A stretch of DNA of 64,000 nucleotides from Eikenella sp. (GCA_030528345.1 JAUMZB010000002.1:39456-103455), one strand, 5' to 3'. Shown: positions 1-9,359, numbered from the stretch's first letter. Made by a program: numbers and translations. Notes: generated by a model from the letters alone, not told the origin.

Positions 1-357
1 GACGGCGATGCCGATGTGTTGGTGACCCACATGACCGCCCCGCCCAGCCTCTACCGCAACGACAGCCAGGCCGCCGGCTGGCTGGGACTGGAGCTGGTGG
101 GCGACGGCCGCCGCTGCAACCGCGACGCGCTGGGCAGCAAGGTGCAGCTGCTGCCGCAAGCCGGTCTGGCGGCGCAATACCGCGAGGTGTACGCCAACAA
201 CGGCTTTGCCGCGCAAAACGACCGCCGCATTCTGTTCGGCCTGGGCGGCAGCACAGCCAAAGAAGTCAGCCTGGAAATCCGCTGGTGCGGCCGCGACGAC
301 CTGCGCCAAACCGTGCGCCTGCCAAGCGGACGCTATCATCGTGTGGTGCAGCAATAA
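1..357 (+). CDS. C-terminal fragment of an ASPIC/UnbV-domain (CRTAC1-family) protein; the gene starts upstream of the window
   Basis: The ORF is open from base 1 in frame 1. The C-terminal motif ...RILFGLGGSTAKEVSLEIRW..LPSGRYHRV matches the ASPIC/UnbV signature (FGLG ... V.V.WPSG). Confidence 0.5.
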   Translation, partial: DGDADVLVTHMTAPPSLYRNDSQAAGWLGLELVGDGRRCNRDALGSKVQLLPQAGLAAQYREVYANNGFAAQNDRRILFGLGGSTAKEVSLEIRWCGRDDLRQTVRLPSGRYHRVVQQ

Positions 358-407
358 AAAACAGGCCGGTTATTACGGCCTGTTTTCAAAGTACAGTTAC
401 TTTGTAT

Positions 408-881
408 TCATGCTGCCAAACTTAATCTTGGGCGCGCCTCACTGGCATACACATCATCGCTGCCTCCTCGACGGCCACAATTGGGACAACGCGCACTGCT
501 TTGCCACAGTGTTTTGTCCATACCACCAAATCGTTTCTCATATGCGGCGCAGCTCTCTTCCCAAGCCTGCTGCAGATTCTGAGCATCTTTTTCGCCCCGC
601 ATACCAAAATAAGGGAAATGATGCAGGAAGTAACCGAAAACATTCTGACAATCTTCTTGATATTTCTGTGTATCCAGAATATGCAGATGCCAAAATTTAT
701 CTACATTTTGGGAAGGCACGATTGATGCTTTCGGGTTTTCCAAGCATAGAGTAAGGTATTTTCTATATTCTTCTGATACTTCAGTTGCATATTGCAATGA
801 CCACCCCATACCTTCCTCTGTATCCATGGCTTTGACAATCAAAGGCTCCAAATCTAACTCTTTAATTATTTTAGGAATCAT
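408..881 (-). CDS. DUF1399 (glycine-rich-domain-protein-like) family protein
   Basis: ORF in an AT-rich islet. Motif VDKFWHLHILDTQKYQEDC fits the DUF1399 WHxHxL..Y..DC signature. Start chosen at the internal Met (MIPKIIKEL), which is preceded by AGGAG 8 nt upstream. The ORF could extend to 947. Confidence 0.45.
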   Translation of the reverse strand: MIPKIIKELDLEPLIVKAMDTEEGMGWSLQYATEVSEEYRKYLTLCLENPKASIVPSQNVDKFWHLHILDTQKYQEDCQNVFGYFLHHFPYFGMRGEKDAQNLQQAWEESCAAYEKRFGGMDKTLWQSSARCPNCGRRGGSDDVYASEARPRLSLAA

Positions 882-964
882 ATTTAACTCTCCTGATATT
901 GACGAATAAAAAATGAAATTCCAAGCTTGCACCTGAAACAGGTGCATTCTATCTTGAACCTATT

Positions 965-1249
965 ATGGGTGCAATGAATAAATTGCGCCTTTCCATACAT
1001 TCATCAGAGCACCGTTTCCTACGCCAATTATTTATTGAGCGGAGAAAGGAACTGGGCTTATCACAACGAGCTCTGGCCGAGCGCCTCAATATTGTTTATT
1101 CATTAATCGGGAAAATAGAAACAGGAGATAGAAGGCTTGATGTATATGAATACATTCAATACTGTCGAGCCTTGGAGCTTGATCCTGTTCTGGTCTTAAC
1201 CCAAATTTTGGCGAATGAAATCTCAGCATACATACCACCGGCTACCTGA
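965..1249 (+). CDS. XRE-family helix-turn-helix transcriptional regulator
   Basis: 94 aa. ...LGLSQRALAERLNIVYSLIGKIETGDRRL is a typical HTH_XRE (Cro/C1) motif. Divergent from the DUF1399 gene in the same AT-rich islet. Confidence 0.5.
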   Translation: MGAMNKLRLSIHSSEHRFLRQLFIERRKELGLSQRALAERLNIVYSLIGKIETGDRRLDVYEYIQYCRALELDPVLVLTQILANEISAYIPPAT

Positions 1250-1333
1250 AGCCCGCCGCTTTCAGGTAGCCGATTGATGCGCTGTGGATAAAACGGTAAA
1301 CTCCGCCCGTTTAACAACCCGTCCGCCCGCCTG

Positions 1334-2035
1334 ATGAAACCCGCTTTCGACATCAAATCCGCCCGCCCCGACGCCTTGGCGGTGCAACTGAACAGCCCCG
1401 ATCCGGCGGCCGTGCGTCAGACGCTGGAAGAGCGGGCGGCACAATACCGCGCCTTCGCCGATATGCCGCTGCTGTTGGATGTTCAGGCGCTGGACAACCC
1501 CGATACTTTCGACTTGGGCAGCATTCTGGATCTTTTCGCCCGTTACGGCCTGCGCTTGGGCATTCTGCGCCACGCCGACGAACAATGGCTGCCGCTTGCC
1601 CAAGCCTATCGCCTGGCATTTTGCGGCCCTTCGCGCAGCGAGGAAAAAAGCATTGTCCTGCCCGAAGCGCCGGCCGCAGCGCCCCCGGCGGCCGGCGCAC
1701 GCAAAACCTTGGTGGTGGAACGCCCCATCCGCACCGGCCAACAAGTGTATGCCGAAAATGCCGATTTGATTGTGCTGGGCATGGTGAGCGAAGGGGCGGA
1801 AGTGATTGCCGACGGCCACATCCACGTTTACGCCCCGCTGCGCGGCCGCGCCTTGGCCGGCGCCGACGGCGACCGGAGCGCCCGCATTTTCGTGCAGTCC
1901 ATGCAGGCCGAACTGGTGTCGGTGGCCGGCATTTACCGCACATTTGATCAAGACCTGCCTGCCCATCTGCGCCGCAAAGCCGTGCAGGTTTATCTGCAGG
2001 AAGGTCGTTTGGTGGTCGCCGCCCTCGGCGACTGA
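1334..2035 (+). CDS. minC: septum site-determining protein MinC
   Basis: 233 aa. The C-terminal beta-helical region (IADGHIHVYAPLRGRALAG) resembles MinC, and it is followed by minD and minE. Confidence 0.9.
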   Translation: MKPAFDIKSARPDALAVQLNSPDPAAVRQTLEERAAQYRAFADMPLLLDVQALDNPDTFDLGSILDLFARYGLRLGILRHADEQWLPLAQAYRLAFCGPSRSEEKSIVLPEAPAAAPPAAGARKTLVVERPIRTGQQVYAENADLIVLGMVSEGAEVIADGHIHVYAPLRGRALAGADGDRSARIFVQSMQAELVSVAGIYRTFDQDLPAHLRRKAVQVYLQEGRLVVAALGD

Positions 2036-2087
2036 CAGCCCGAAAGGCTACCTGAAAACCCATTCACCAACACAAAAGGAATTTATT

Positions 2088-2900
2088 GTGGCAAAAATCA
2101 TCGTAGTCACCTCCGGCAAAGGCGGTGTAGGCAAAACCACCACCAGCGCCAGCATTGCCAGCGGCTTGGCGCTGCGCGGCCACAAAACCGCCGTCATCGA
2201 CTTCGACGTCGGTCTGCGCAACCTCGACCTGATCATGGGCTGCGAACGCCGCGTGGTGTACGACTTGGTGAACGTGATTCAAAACGAAGCCTCGCTCAAC
2301 CAAGCACTGATCAAAGACAAACACTGCGACCGGCTCTACATCCTGCCCGCCTCGCAAACCCGCGACAAAGACGCCCTCAACCGCGAAGGCGTGGGTCGCG
2401 TGCTAGAGGAACTCACCGGAAAAATGGGCTTCGAATACGTGATTTGCGATTCGCCCGCCGGCATCGAAACCGGCGCATTGATGGCGCTCTATTTCGCCGA
2501 CGAAGCCATCGTTACCACCAATCCCGAAGTCTCCAGCGTGCGCGACTCCGACCGCATCTTGGGCATTTTGCAGAGCAAAAGCCGCAAAGCCGAACGGGGC
2601 GAAACGGTGAAAGAACACCTGCTGATTACCCGCTACAACCCCGAGCGCGTGGAAAAAGGCGAAATGCTTTCGGTAGACGACATCACCGACATTCTGCGCA
2701 TTCCGCTATTGGGTGTAATCCCCGAATCGCAAAGCGTGCTGCAGGCCTCCAATGCCGGCTCGCCCGTCATCCACCAACACGACGCCGACGCCGCCAATGC
2801 CTATGAAGACGTGGTGGCCCGCCTGCTGGGCGAAAACCGTCCGATGCGCTTTTTGGAAGCCGAGAAAAAAGGCTTTCTGAAACGCCTGTTCGGAGGATAA
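2088..2900 (+). CDS. minD: septum site-determining ATPase MinD
   Basis: GTG start. VAKIIVVTSGKGGVGKTTTSA is a deviant Walker A. Roughly 270 aa, the typical MinD length. The longer ORF track entry (1806..) is an upstream in-frame extension. Confidence 0.93.
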   Translation: MAKIIVVTSGKGGVGKTTTSASIASGLALRGHKTAVIDFDVGLRNLDLIMGCERRVVYDLVNVIQNEASLNQALIKDKHCDRLYILPASQTRDKDALNREGVGRVLEELTGKMGFEYVICDSPAGIETGALMALYFADEAIVTTNPEVSSVRDSDRILGILQSKSRKAERGETVKEHLLITRYNPERVEKGEMLSVDDITDILRIPLLGVIPESQSVLQASNAGSPVIHQHDADAANAYEDVVARLLGENRPMRFLEAEKKGFLKRLFGG

Positions 2901-2903
2901 GCC

Positions 2904-3176
2904 ATGTCTCTGATCGATATGCTGTTCGGCAAAAAGCAGAAGTCCGCCCAAGTGGCGCGCGACCGCCTGCAAATCATCATCGCCCAAGAGCGCGTGAAAG
3001 AACAGGCGCCCGACTACCTGCCCACCCTGCAGAAAGAGCTGCTGGAAGTGCTGTCCAAATACGTCAACGTATCGCTGGACGACATCCGCATTTCGCAAGA
3101 AAAACAGGACGGCGTGGACGTTTTGGAACTCAACATCATTCTGCCGGACGCCCAACGCAAAACCGAGGCCGACTGA
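2904..3176 (+). CDS. minE: cell division topological specificity factor MinE
   Basis: 90 aa, [11 protein letters not shown]...[13 protein letters not shown], immediately downstream of minD. Confidence 0.9.
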   Translation: MSLIDMLFGKKQKSAQVARDRLQIIIAQERVKEQAPDYLPTLQKELLEVLSKYVNVSLDDIRISQEKQDGVDVLELNIILPDAQRKTEAD

Positions 3177-3178
3177 CC

Positions 3179-4108
3179 ATGACCCTGACCGAGTTACGCT
3201 ACATTGTGGCCGTGGCGCAGGAGCGCCATTTCGGCCGTGCCGCCCAACGCTGCTTTGTGAGCCAGCCCACCCTCTCCATCGCCATCAAAAAGCTGGAGGA
3301 GGAGCTGGCGGTTTCCCTGTTCGACCGCAGCAGCAGCGAAGTGAAAACCACCGAAGCCGGCGAGCGCATCGTGGCGCAAGCCCACCGCGTGCTGGAGGAA
3401 GCCGACCGCATCAAGCACATGGCGGCCATCGAGCAAAACGAACTGAGCGGCGCCTTCAAACTCGGTTTGATTTTCACCGTCGCCCCCTATCTGCTGCCGC
3501 GCCTGATTCTGTCGCTGCGCCAGCTGGCGCCCGGCATGCCGCTGATGCTGGAAGAACACTACACCCAAGCCTTGACCGACCGACTCAAAAAAGGCGATTT
3601 GGACGCCTTGGTGGTGGCCGCGCCCTATCACGAGCCGGGCATTGTGACCACGCCCCTGTATGACGAACCTTTTTTCGTGATCGTACCCAAAGGCCATGAA
3701 TTTGAGGAGTTGGACGCGGTATCCGCCGATGCTTTGACCAGCCAACAGGTTTTGCTGTTGAACGAAGGCAACTGCCTGCGCGACCAAATCATGGAAAGCT
3801 GCTCCGAACTCGCCGCCCGCCAGCGCATCCCCGGTTTGGCCAATACGGTGCAGGGCAGTTCCATCAACACCATCCGCCACATGGTGGCCAGCGGCTTGGG
3901 CATCAGCGTGCTGCCCTCCAGCGCTTTGACCGACAACGACCACCTGTTGTTCTCCATTGTGCCTTTCGAACCGCCGGTACCGCAACGCCGCATCGTGCTG
4001 GCCAGCCGGCGCAACTTCGTGCGCCCCAAAGCACTGGCCGCCATCAAACAGGCCGTGCTGGAGTCCCAGCTGGCCGGAGTACGCTTTATCCACGAAGAGG
4101 CAGCCTGA
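3179..4108 (+). CDS. oxyR: LysR-family hydrogen peroxide-inducible regulator OxyR
   Basis: 309 aa with a LysR HTH (MTLTELRYIVAVAQERHFGRAA). A Cys in the LNEGNCLRDQ context corresponds to the OxyR redox cysteine, and a further Cys lies nearby in ESCSEL; the pair would match the OxyR redox pair. minCDE-oxyR synteny is typical of Neisseria. Confidence 0.85.
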   Translation: MTLTELRYIVAVAQERHFGRAAQRCFVSQPTLSIAIKKLEEELAVSLFDRSSSEVKTTEAGERIVAQAHRVLEEADRIKHMAAIEQNELSGAFKLGLIFTVAPYLLPRLILSLRQLAPGMPLMLEEHYTQALTDRLKKGDLDALVVAAPYHEPGIVTTPLYDEPFFVIVPKGHEFEELDAVSADALTSQQVLLLNEGNCLRDQIMESCSELAARQRIPGLANTVQGSSINTIRHMVASGLGISVLPSSALTDNDHLLFSIVPFEPPVPQRRIVLASRRNFVRPKALAAIKQAVLESQLAGVRFIHEEAA

Positions 4109-4296
4109 GACCTTTGCAACCCCCCAGATGTGGATGCCCTTCCAGGCGTAGCAGCGCAGCGAGTGTGACCGCCGGGAATCCCTGTGGGACAGACATATCA
4201 GATACAAGGCTAAGCGAGCGGGCAGTACCCCCAGGGCATAAACGCACAACGCAGAAATGCGCCGCAGATGGGGTTTTGCAAAGGTCTCAGCCTGAT
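4101..4296. repeat. MITE-like repeat, family A (about 195 bp, terminal inverted repeats ...CAGCCTGAGACCTTTGCAAAACCCC...)
   Basis: Near-identical copies lie at 9164-9359 and 35153-35340, and shorter, more diverged copies elsewhere (23943-24088, 32753-32903, 39436-39533). The ends are inverted (gagacctttgcaa... / ...ttgcaaaggtctc). The left end overlaps and supplies the oxyR stop codon. Confidence 0.7.
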
Positions 4297-4311
4297 CAGC
4301 TGCTGTTCAGG

Positions 4312-4373
4312 CTGCCCTGAGCCGCATAAAACCCGCCCCGTTGCCGGCAGACAACGGGGCGGGTTTTATGCGG
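4312..4373. terminator. long perfect hairpin (ccgcataaaacccgccccgttg / caacggggcgggttttatgcgg) between convergent oxyR and ybaN
   Basis: 22-bp inverted repeat with a 9-nt loop (ccggcagac), seen directly in the sequence. Likely a bidirectional terminator. Confidence 0.55.
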
Positions 4374-4456
4374 TTTCGACCAGGATTGCGCAAGAGAAAG
4401 GCTGTTCGACGGCAGCCAGCCCTCAGCCCGGCGGATGGCCGCCTCATTCCGCCACC

Positions 4457-4819
4457 TCAGGCATCGGGCAGACGCCACAGCCAAACGGCCACGCAAAAAC
4501 AGATGAGCGAAGTGGCGGCCGCCGCCCACCAGCGCTCGGGAAAGGCATAAAACATCCAACTGCAGGAAATCGTCATCATCACGGCGGCCAGATATTTGCC
4601 CCGGCGCGGCACGGCACGGCGCTCTTCCCAATCCTGCACCATCGGCCCGAAATAAGGATGTTGGTGCAACCAGCGGTGGAAACGCGGCGAGGCCCGCGCC
4701 CAGCAGGCGGCGGCCAAGAGCACCAGCGGCGTGGTGGGCAAAAGCGGCAGGAAAATACCGATGATGCCGGTCAGCAAAGAAAGCGCGCCGGCCACCCACA
4801 ATAAAGCGCGGACAATCAC
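4457..4819 (-). CDS. ybaN: YbaN-family inner membrane protein (DUF454)
   Basis: ...IFLPLLPTTPLVLLAAACWARASPRFHRWL matches the YbaN LPxLPTTPF..LAA.CFARSSPRFH motif. Start assigned to the GTG that overlaps the stop of the upstream DUF1415 gene (GTGA overlap). The ORF track extends to 4870. Confidence 0.6.
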   Translation of the reverse strand: MIVRALLWVAGALSLLTGIIGIFLPLLPTTPLVLLAAACWARASPRFHRWLHQHPYFGPMVQDWEERRAVPRRGKYLAAVMMTISCSWMFYAFPERWWAAAATSLICFCVAVWLWRLPDA

Positions 4820-5397
4820 GACGGCTCCCGTTGGCGCGGGCAGGCGCGGGCCACACCCAATCTGTTCCACCCCTCATGCCCCATCTCTTCCAGCAGGGCG
4901 ATATTGCGCTCGAAAATTTGGGCGGCATCGGGAAACGCCTCCGCCGCCTTGGCGATGCTGTCTTCGCGAATCAGGTGCAGGGTGGGGTAAGGGCTGCGGT
5001 TGGTGTAGTTGCCGATGTCCTCCGCCTCCGTGTCGGCAAATTGGAAATCCGGATGAAAAGGCGCAATCTGCAACACGCCTTCCAAGCCGTTGTCGGCCAC
5101 CGCCGCATCGGCCAGCTCCAGCATGTCGTTGAACAGCAGAAAGTCGGGAAACAGGGTCGGGTGCACCAGCAGCGTGGTTTCCACCTCTTCCGCCGGCACC
5201 GCGGCCAGATATTGCAACTCGCGGTCCAAGTCTTCCAGAAACGCATCCAAATGCCCGGCCCGGCTGACCTGTATGCGCAGCCGGCCTTTTGCATACGGCG
5301 CTTTGGCAAAAGGGCACAGATTCAAACCGATTACCGCCGCTTCCAGCCAATGGCGGGTAGCGGCCAAAACGGCGGCTTCATCCGAAACAGCATTCAT
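4816..5397 (-). CDS. DUF1415-family protein
   Basis: 193-aa ORF with compositional bias consistent with coding. Family assignment is from recollection of the conserved N-terminal segment (LNLCPFA). Confidence 0.5.
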   Translation of the reverse strand: MNAVSDEAAVLAATRHWLEAAVIGLNLCPFAKAPYAKGRLRIQVSRAGHLDAFLEDLDRELQYLAAVPAEEVETTLLVHPTLFPDFLLFNDMLELADAAVADNGLEGVLQIAPFHPDFQFADTEAEDIGNYTNRSPYPTLHLIREDSIAKAAEAFPDAAQIFERNIALLEEMGHEGWNRLGVARACPRQREPS

Positions 5398-5544
5398 GGG
5401 TCGGGTTTCCTGCAGACGGAAAAAGGGGCAGGATTATAAACCCTGCCGCTTGGCAAAATCAAAATTTGCTGTCGAAATCAAAACGTTCAGGCAGCCCCGA
5501 CACCCCATCAGGCTACCTGAAAAACCAACCGGCCGGGCCGATAG

Positions 5545-6036
5545 TCAATCTGCCGCCAAATGATACAGCGGCAGCGCGGTTGAATTTTTGACTTCCTGCA
5601 AAACAAAGCTGGAACGGGCGTCCAATACGCCCGGATGCGACAGCAGGGTGTCCAGAATAAAATGGGAGAAGGCCTGCATATCGGTAAAAAAGGCGTGCAG
5701 CATGTAGTCGGTTTCGCCGGTCAGCGCGAAACAGCTCAGCACCTCCGGCCATTGTTTGGCCGCTTCGGCAAAGCCGTCGCGCGAATGGCTGCTTTTGTCC
5801 ACCGAAACGCGGATGAATACCTGCAGCCCCAAGCACACCGCCGCCGGATTCAATAAGGCGGCATAACTGCGGATCACGCCCGCTTCTTCCAGCTGCTTCA
5901 AACGCCTCAGACAGGGCGACGGCGACAGCGCCACCCGTTCGGCCAACTCCACATTGGTCAGACGGCCGTTGCCTTGCAATACCTGCAGGATTTTCAAATC
6001 GGTTTTATCTAAAGTGGTTGTGGTTGTTGTCATGTT
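5545..6036 (-). CDS. lrp: Lrp/AsnC-family transcriptional regulator
   Basis: Has an HTH (LDKTDLKILQVLQGNGRLTNVELAERVALSPSPCLRRLKQLEEAGVI) and a RAM domain. Start set at MTTTTTTLDK. Confidence 0.8.
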   Translation of the reverse strand, partial: NMTTTTTTLDKTDLKILQVLQGNGRLTNVELAERVALSPSPCLRRLKQLEEAGVIRSYAALLNPAAVCLGLQVFIRVSVDKSSHSRDGFAEAAKQWPEVLSCFALTGETDYMLHAFFTDMQAFSHFILDTLLSHPGVLDARSSFVLQEVKNSTALPLYHLAAD

Positions 6037-6865
6037 GCTTCGTTTCCCATCAATGTTTGCACTTTCCATGACGACAGCCGCCTTAACTTAAATCACTAAG
6101 ACAGCGCCCAATTCCCGTAATATTGCAATGGTTTTCGGTATTGTGTTAACCATGCCCGCGTGCGGCAGCCGGCAAAAGCGGCCGCACACGGGCGATGGAA
6201 TATCGGACGCATTATAACGAAATACCGTTGGAATAAAATTCCAAAGTTAGAATTGGCAAGGGAATTTAAGTGTTGATTTCCAATCGCACCGTCCGGCCGG
6301 GCAATACCCGGCGAAAACCCCGGTTTCATTGCCTGAAACAAGACATGGATTGTCAATTTAAGTTAATCCGGCTGCGGCCTATCGAGCCGCTTGAGCAAGC
6401 ACCATGCCAAACCGCATTTAAGCCTTGCCCCCGTTTTCGAAATCGGGCGATAATTCAGCCGGCTCGGCCGGAGGCGCATCCGGCAGAAACACCGCCCGAC
6501 CTTGCACAAACGGCAATACCCCTGTCGGCGCAACCGGAGCGGAGGGGCGTTTCCCCGGCCCGACGGTTAAATGCCGTAAAGCCGGCGCCGGCCGGAAACC
6601 GTCTGAACCGGCCGTCCTTTCCCGGCCGCCGCCCACGGCGGCCGAAGGCAGATTTCTCCGGCCAAACAAACCACTTAAGAGCGATTGCCCCTTTCCGTCA
6701 CTTTGGCAAAAATATTGCCACCAAACACTATAAACAGGGCACATTCTGCCGCTTCGCGACGAATGCACGGTTTAAGGCGTATCGTCGGTTGACCTTACGG
6801 CGGTGTTTGGGGTCAAAAATCCCCGCCTGCGGCGTCGCCCCTACGGGATAACAGAAGTGCTCGCA

Positions 6866-6895
6866 AGATGTTTAAAGAAAAGATGTTTAAAGAAA
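6866..6895. repeat. perfect 15-bp tandem duplication (agatgtttaaagaaa x2) in the gcvT leader
   Basis: Seen directly in the sequence, about 120 nt upstream of the gcvT ATG. Confidence 0.6.
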
Positions 6896-7012
6896 AACAG
6901 ATCGGGTTTTCAGGCAGATTGCACGCAAAATAACGGAACCGAACCGAAACATGAAAGACGGCGCTCCCGCCGGCCACCCGCTTATCCCCACCAACTTTCC
7001 GGAGCTCTTCCC

Positions 7013-8110
7013 ATGACTTTGAAGCTGACCCCTTTCCACCAGGCCCACCAAGATGCCGGCGGCAAACTCGTTGATTTCGCCGGCTGGGAACTGCCCGTCA
7101 ACTACGGCTCGCAAATCCAAGAACACGAAGCCGTGCGCACCGACGCCGGCATGTTCGACGTATCCCACATGCTCGTTTCCGACATCAAAGGCCGCCAAGC
7201 CAAGCAATGGCTGCAAAAACTGCTCGCCAACGACGTAGCCAAGCTTTCTTTCGTCGGCAAAGCCCTCTATTCCGCCATGCTCAACGAGCAGGGCGGCGTG
7301 ATGGACGACCTCATCGTTTACCGCGCCAACGAAGCCGAAACCGAATACCGCATCGTTTCCAACGCCGCCACCCGTGAAAAAGACTTGGCGCAATTTGCCA
7401 AAGTCGGCGAAGCCTTCGGCATCGACATCACCCCCCGCTACGACCTCGCCATGCTCGCCGTACAAGGCCCCAAAGCGATTGAAAAACTGCTCGCCGTCAA
7501 ACCCGACTGGGCGGAAACCGTAAACGCGCTCAAGCCCTTCCAAGGCGCAGATTTGGGCAACGGCTGGTTTGTCGCCCGCACCGGCTACACCGGCGAAGAC
7601 GGCGTGGAAGTGATCCTGCCCGGCACCGAAGCCACTGCCTTCTTCGCCGCCCTGCGCCAAGCCGGCGTCCAACCCTGCGGTCTCGGCGCGCGCGACACCC
7701 TGCGCATGGAAGCCGGCATGAACCTCTACGGCCACGATATGGACGACGAAACCAGCCCGCTGCAGGCCGGCATGGGCTGGACGGTGGATTTGAAAGACGA
7801 AACCCGCGACTTCATCGGCAAAACCGCCCTCCTCGCCCTGAAAGAACAAGGCGTGGACGTGAAACAGGTCGGCCTCTTGCTGGCCAAAGGCGGCGTATTG
7901 CGCGAAGGCATGGAAGTCGTTACCGAACAAGGCAAAGGCATCACCACCAGCGGCGTGTTCTCCCCCAGCCTGAAACAATCCATCGCCATCGCCCGCGTGC
8001 CCAAAGCGTTTGAAGGCGACGCGGCCAAAGTGGTGATTCGCGGCAAAGAAGTGGACGTGCGCGTATTGAAACTGCCCTTTGTGCGCAACGGGCAAAAACA
8101 ATTCGATTGA
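7013..8110 (+). CDS. gcvT: glycine cleavage system aminomethyltransferase T protein
   Basis: 365 aa. N-terminus [33 protein letters not shown]...DVSHM is typical GcvT. The upstream in-frame extension (6803..) is judged non-coding. Confidence 0.9.
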   Translation: MTLKLTPFHQAHQDAGGKLVDFAGWELPVNYGSQIQEHEAVRTDAGMFDVSHMLVSDIKGRQAKQWLQKLLANDVAKLSFVGKALYSAMLNEQGGVMDDLIVYRANEAETEYRIVSNAATREKDLAQFAKVGEAFGIDITPRYDLAMLAVQGPKAIEKLLAVKPDWAETVNALKPFQGADLGNGWFVARTGYTGEDGVEVILPGTEATAFFAALRQAGVQPCGLGARDTLRMEAGMNLYGHDMDDETSPLQAGMGWTVDLKDETRDFIGKTALLALKEQGVDVKQVGLLLAKGGVLREGMEVVTEQGKGITTSGVFSPSLKQSIAIARVPKAFEGDAAKVVIRGKEVDVRVLKLPFVRNGQKQFD

Positions 8111-8241
8111 TGCAGTACCCCGCTTTCAGGCAGCCTTGGCAACAGGCTACCTGAAAGCGGCTTGGATTTGACCAAAGCAAAAGCAGACACCGCCCGCTTG
8201 CGCCATAATAGCGGGATCCCGTCCCCATTAGGAAAGATCGC

Positions 8242-8589
8242 ATGATGAATCCCATGTCTGCTGTCCGCGCCGCCGCGATGGCGCTTTTGCTGTTCGGTCT
8301 GACTGCCTGCGGCACACCCCGCGCCCTGAAGCCCTTTATCGGCCGGCCGGTCGGTGCTTTGGCCGCACAATGGGGTCAGCCCGACTCCTATAGCGACCGC
8401 TCAAACAGCCGTGTGTATCATTGGCGCAGATGCCGCCCGCTACAGTCTTACAACCATTATCGGGGCTACCGGTATGAAGGTTCGTCCACTGCTTATTTCT
8501 GTGCCGACTACCGGGTGCACACCGACCGCCAAACCGGCTTGATCCAGAATATCAATGCCAACGGCGCAGTGCGCAGTTATTCGCACTGA
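8242..8589 (+). CDS. small lipoprotein of unknown function, inserted between gcvT and gcvH
   Basis: Signal peptide with lipobox (LLLFGLTAC). Tyr-, Arg- and His-rich mature part. Function unknown. Confidence 0.45.
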   Translation: MMNPMSAVRAAAMALLLFGLTACGTPRALKPFIGRPVGALAAQWGQPDSYSDRSNSRVYHWRRCRPLQSYNHYRGYRYEGSSTAYFCADYRVHTDRQTGLIQNINANGAVRSYSH

Positions 8590-8699
8590 ATCCTGCAAGC
8601 GGTGCCGGCTGCCGAGGGCAACCGGCCAAAGAAGCCTCTTTCCCAACAACCTGTCCGGCCGGACCGCCGGCCGCCCTTTACCCACTTGGAGAACACACC

Positions 8700-9083
8700 A
8701 TGAGCAATATCCCCGCTGATTTGAAATACGTATCCAGCCACGAATGGCTGCGTTTGGAAGCCGACGGCAGCGTAACCGTGGGCATTACCGAGCACGCGCA
8801 AGAGCTGTTGGGCGACATCGTTTTTGTCGAACTGCCCGAAGTGGGCGCCGACTTGGCCGCCGACGACCAGGCCGGCGTGGTGGAATCGGTGAAAGCCGCT
8901 TCCGACGTCTACGCCCCGATTGCCGGCGAAGTGCTGGCGGTCAACGAAGCCTTGGCAGACGCGCCCGAAACCGCCAACAGCGACCCTTACGGCGCAGGCT
9001 GGTTCTTCAAAATCCGCCCCGCCAACGCCGCCGATCTGGACGGCCTGCTGACTGCCGAACAATACGCCGCCGAAATCGGCTAA
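8700..9083 (+). CDS. gcvH: glycine cleavage system H protein
   Basis: 127 aa. The lipoyl-lysine motif (ESVKAASD) and [11 protein letters not shown] are consistent with GcvH. Confidence 0.9.
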   Translation: MSNIPADLKYVSSHEWLRLEADGSVTVGITEHAQELLGDIVFVELPEVGADLAADDQAGVVESVKAASDVYAPIAGEVLAVNEALADAPETANSDPYGAGWFFKIRPANAADLDGLLTAEQYAAEIG

Positions 9084-9093
9084 TCCCGCCGCA

Positions 9094-9123
9094 GGCTACC
9101 TGAAAGCGTTTTCAGGTAGCCTG
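9094..9123. terminator. inverted pair of uptake sequences (AGGCTACCTGAAAGCGTTTTCAGGTAGCCT) at the gcvH 3' end
   Basis: Paired DUS forming a stem-loop. This is the established terminator-like arrangement in Neisseriaceae. Confidence 0.6.
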
Positions 9124-9163
9124 AATTGTCTGTGCCGGCCCAGCGTCCGGCCGTCTTTTTCAG

Positions 9164-9359
9164 GCAGCCTGAGACCTTTGCCAAACCCTCAGATGTGGAT
9201 GCAGTTCCAGGCGCAGCAGCGCAGCGCGCGTGAACGCCGGGAATCCCTGTGGGACAGACATATCAGATACCAGGCTAAGCGAGCGGGCAGCACCCCCGGG
9301 GCATAAACGCACAACGCAGAAATGCGCCGCAGATGGGGTTTTGCAAAGGCCTCAGCCTG
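9164..9359. repeat. MITE-like repeat, family A (full copy)
   Basis: About 90% identical to the 4101-4296 copy, with the same terminal inverted repeats. Confidence 0.7.

Noticed and set aside
1262-2063. Long antisense ORFs (234-236 aa) overlapping minC on the opposite strand
   Set aside because: Arg/Ala/Gly/Pro-rich translations typical of out-of-frame reading of GC-rich coding DNA. minC on the + strand has clear family similarity.
3194-4249. 351-aa ORF antisense to oxyR
   Set aside because: Low-complexity, Gly/Ala/His/Gln-rich with no family resemblance. oxyR on the + strand is well supported.
6270-6851. 193-aa ORF in the lrp-gcvT intergenic region, plus the 5' extension of the gcvT ORF (6803-7012)
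   Set aside because: Arg/Pro-rich composition, no RBS and no family resemblance. The canonical GcvT N-terminus begins at 7013.
6400-7012. Possible glycine riboswitch upstream of gcvT
   Set aside because: I could not locate the conserved GGAGAG ... CACCGAAGGGGCAA ... CUCAGGCAAAAGGAC core by eye. Only a loose GCCGAAGG match was found. Kept as a low-interest finding that needs a covariance-model search.
6887-8101. 404-aa ORF antisense to gcvT; also 9834..10766 antisense to kefC; 13809..15260 antisense to pit; 16237..18021 antisense to purB/terC; 44905..47190 antisense to the TonB receptor; 48645..50006 and 48838..50139 over the M16 gene; 55975..58326 antisense to uvrD; 58375..59340 antisense to prmC; 59553..60584 antisense to nhaA; 60812..62200 antisense to apbC/HIT
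   Set aside because: All are long stop-free frames created by high GC content. Their translations are Gly/Ala/Arg/His-rich and low-complexity, while the opposite-strand genes have clear family signatures.
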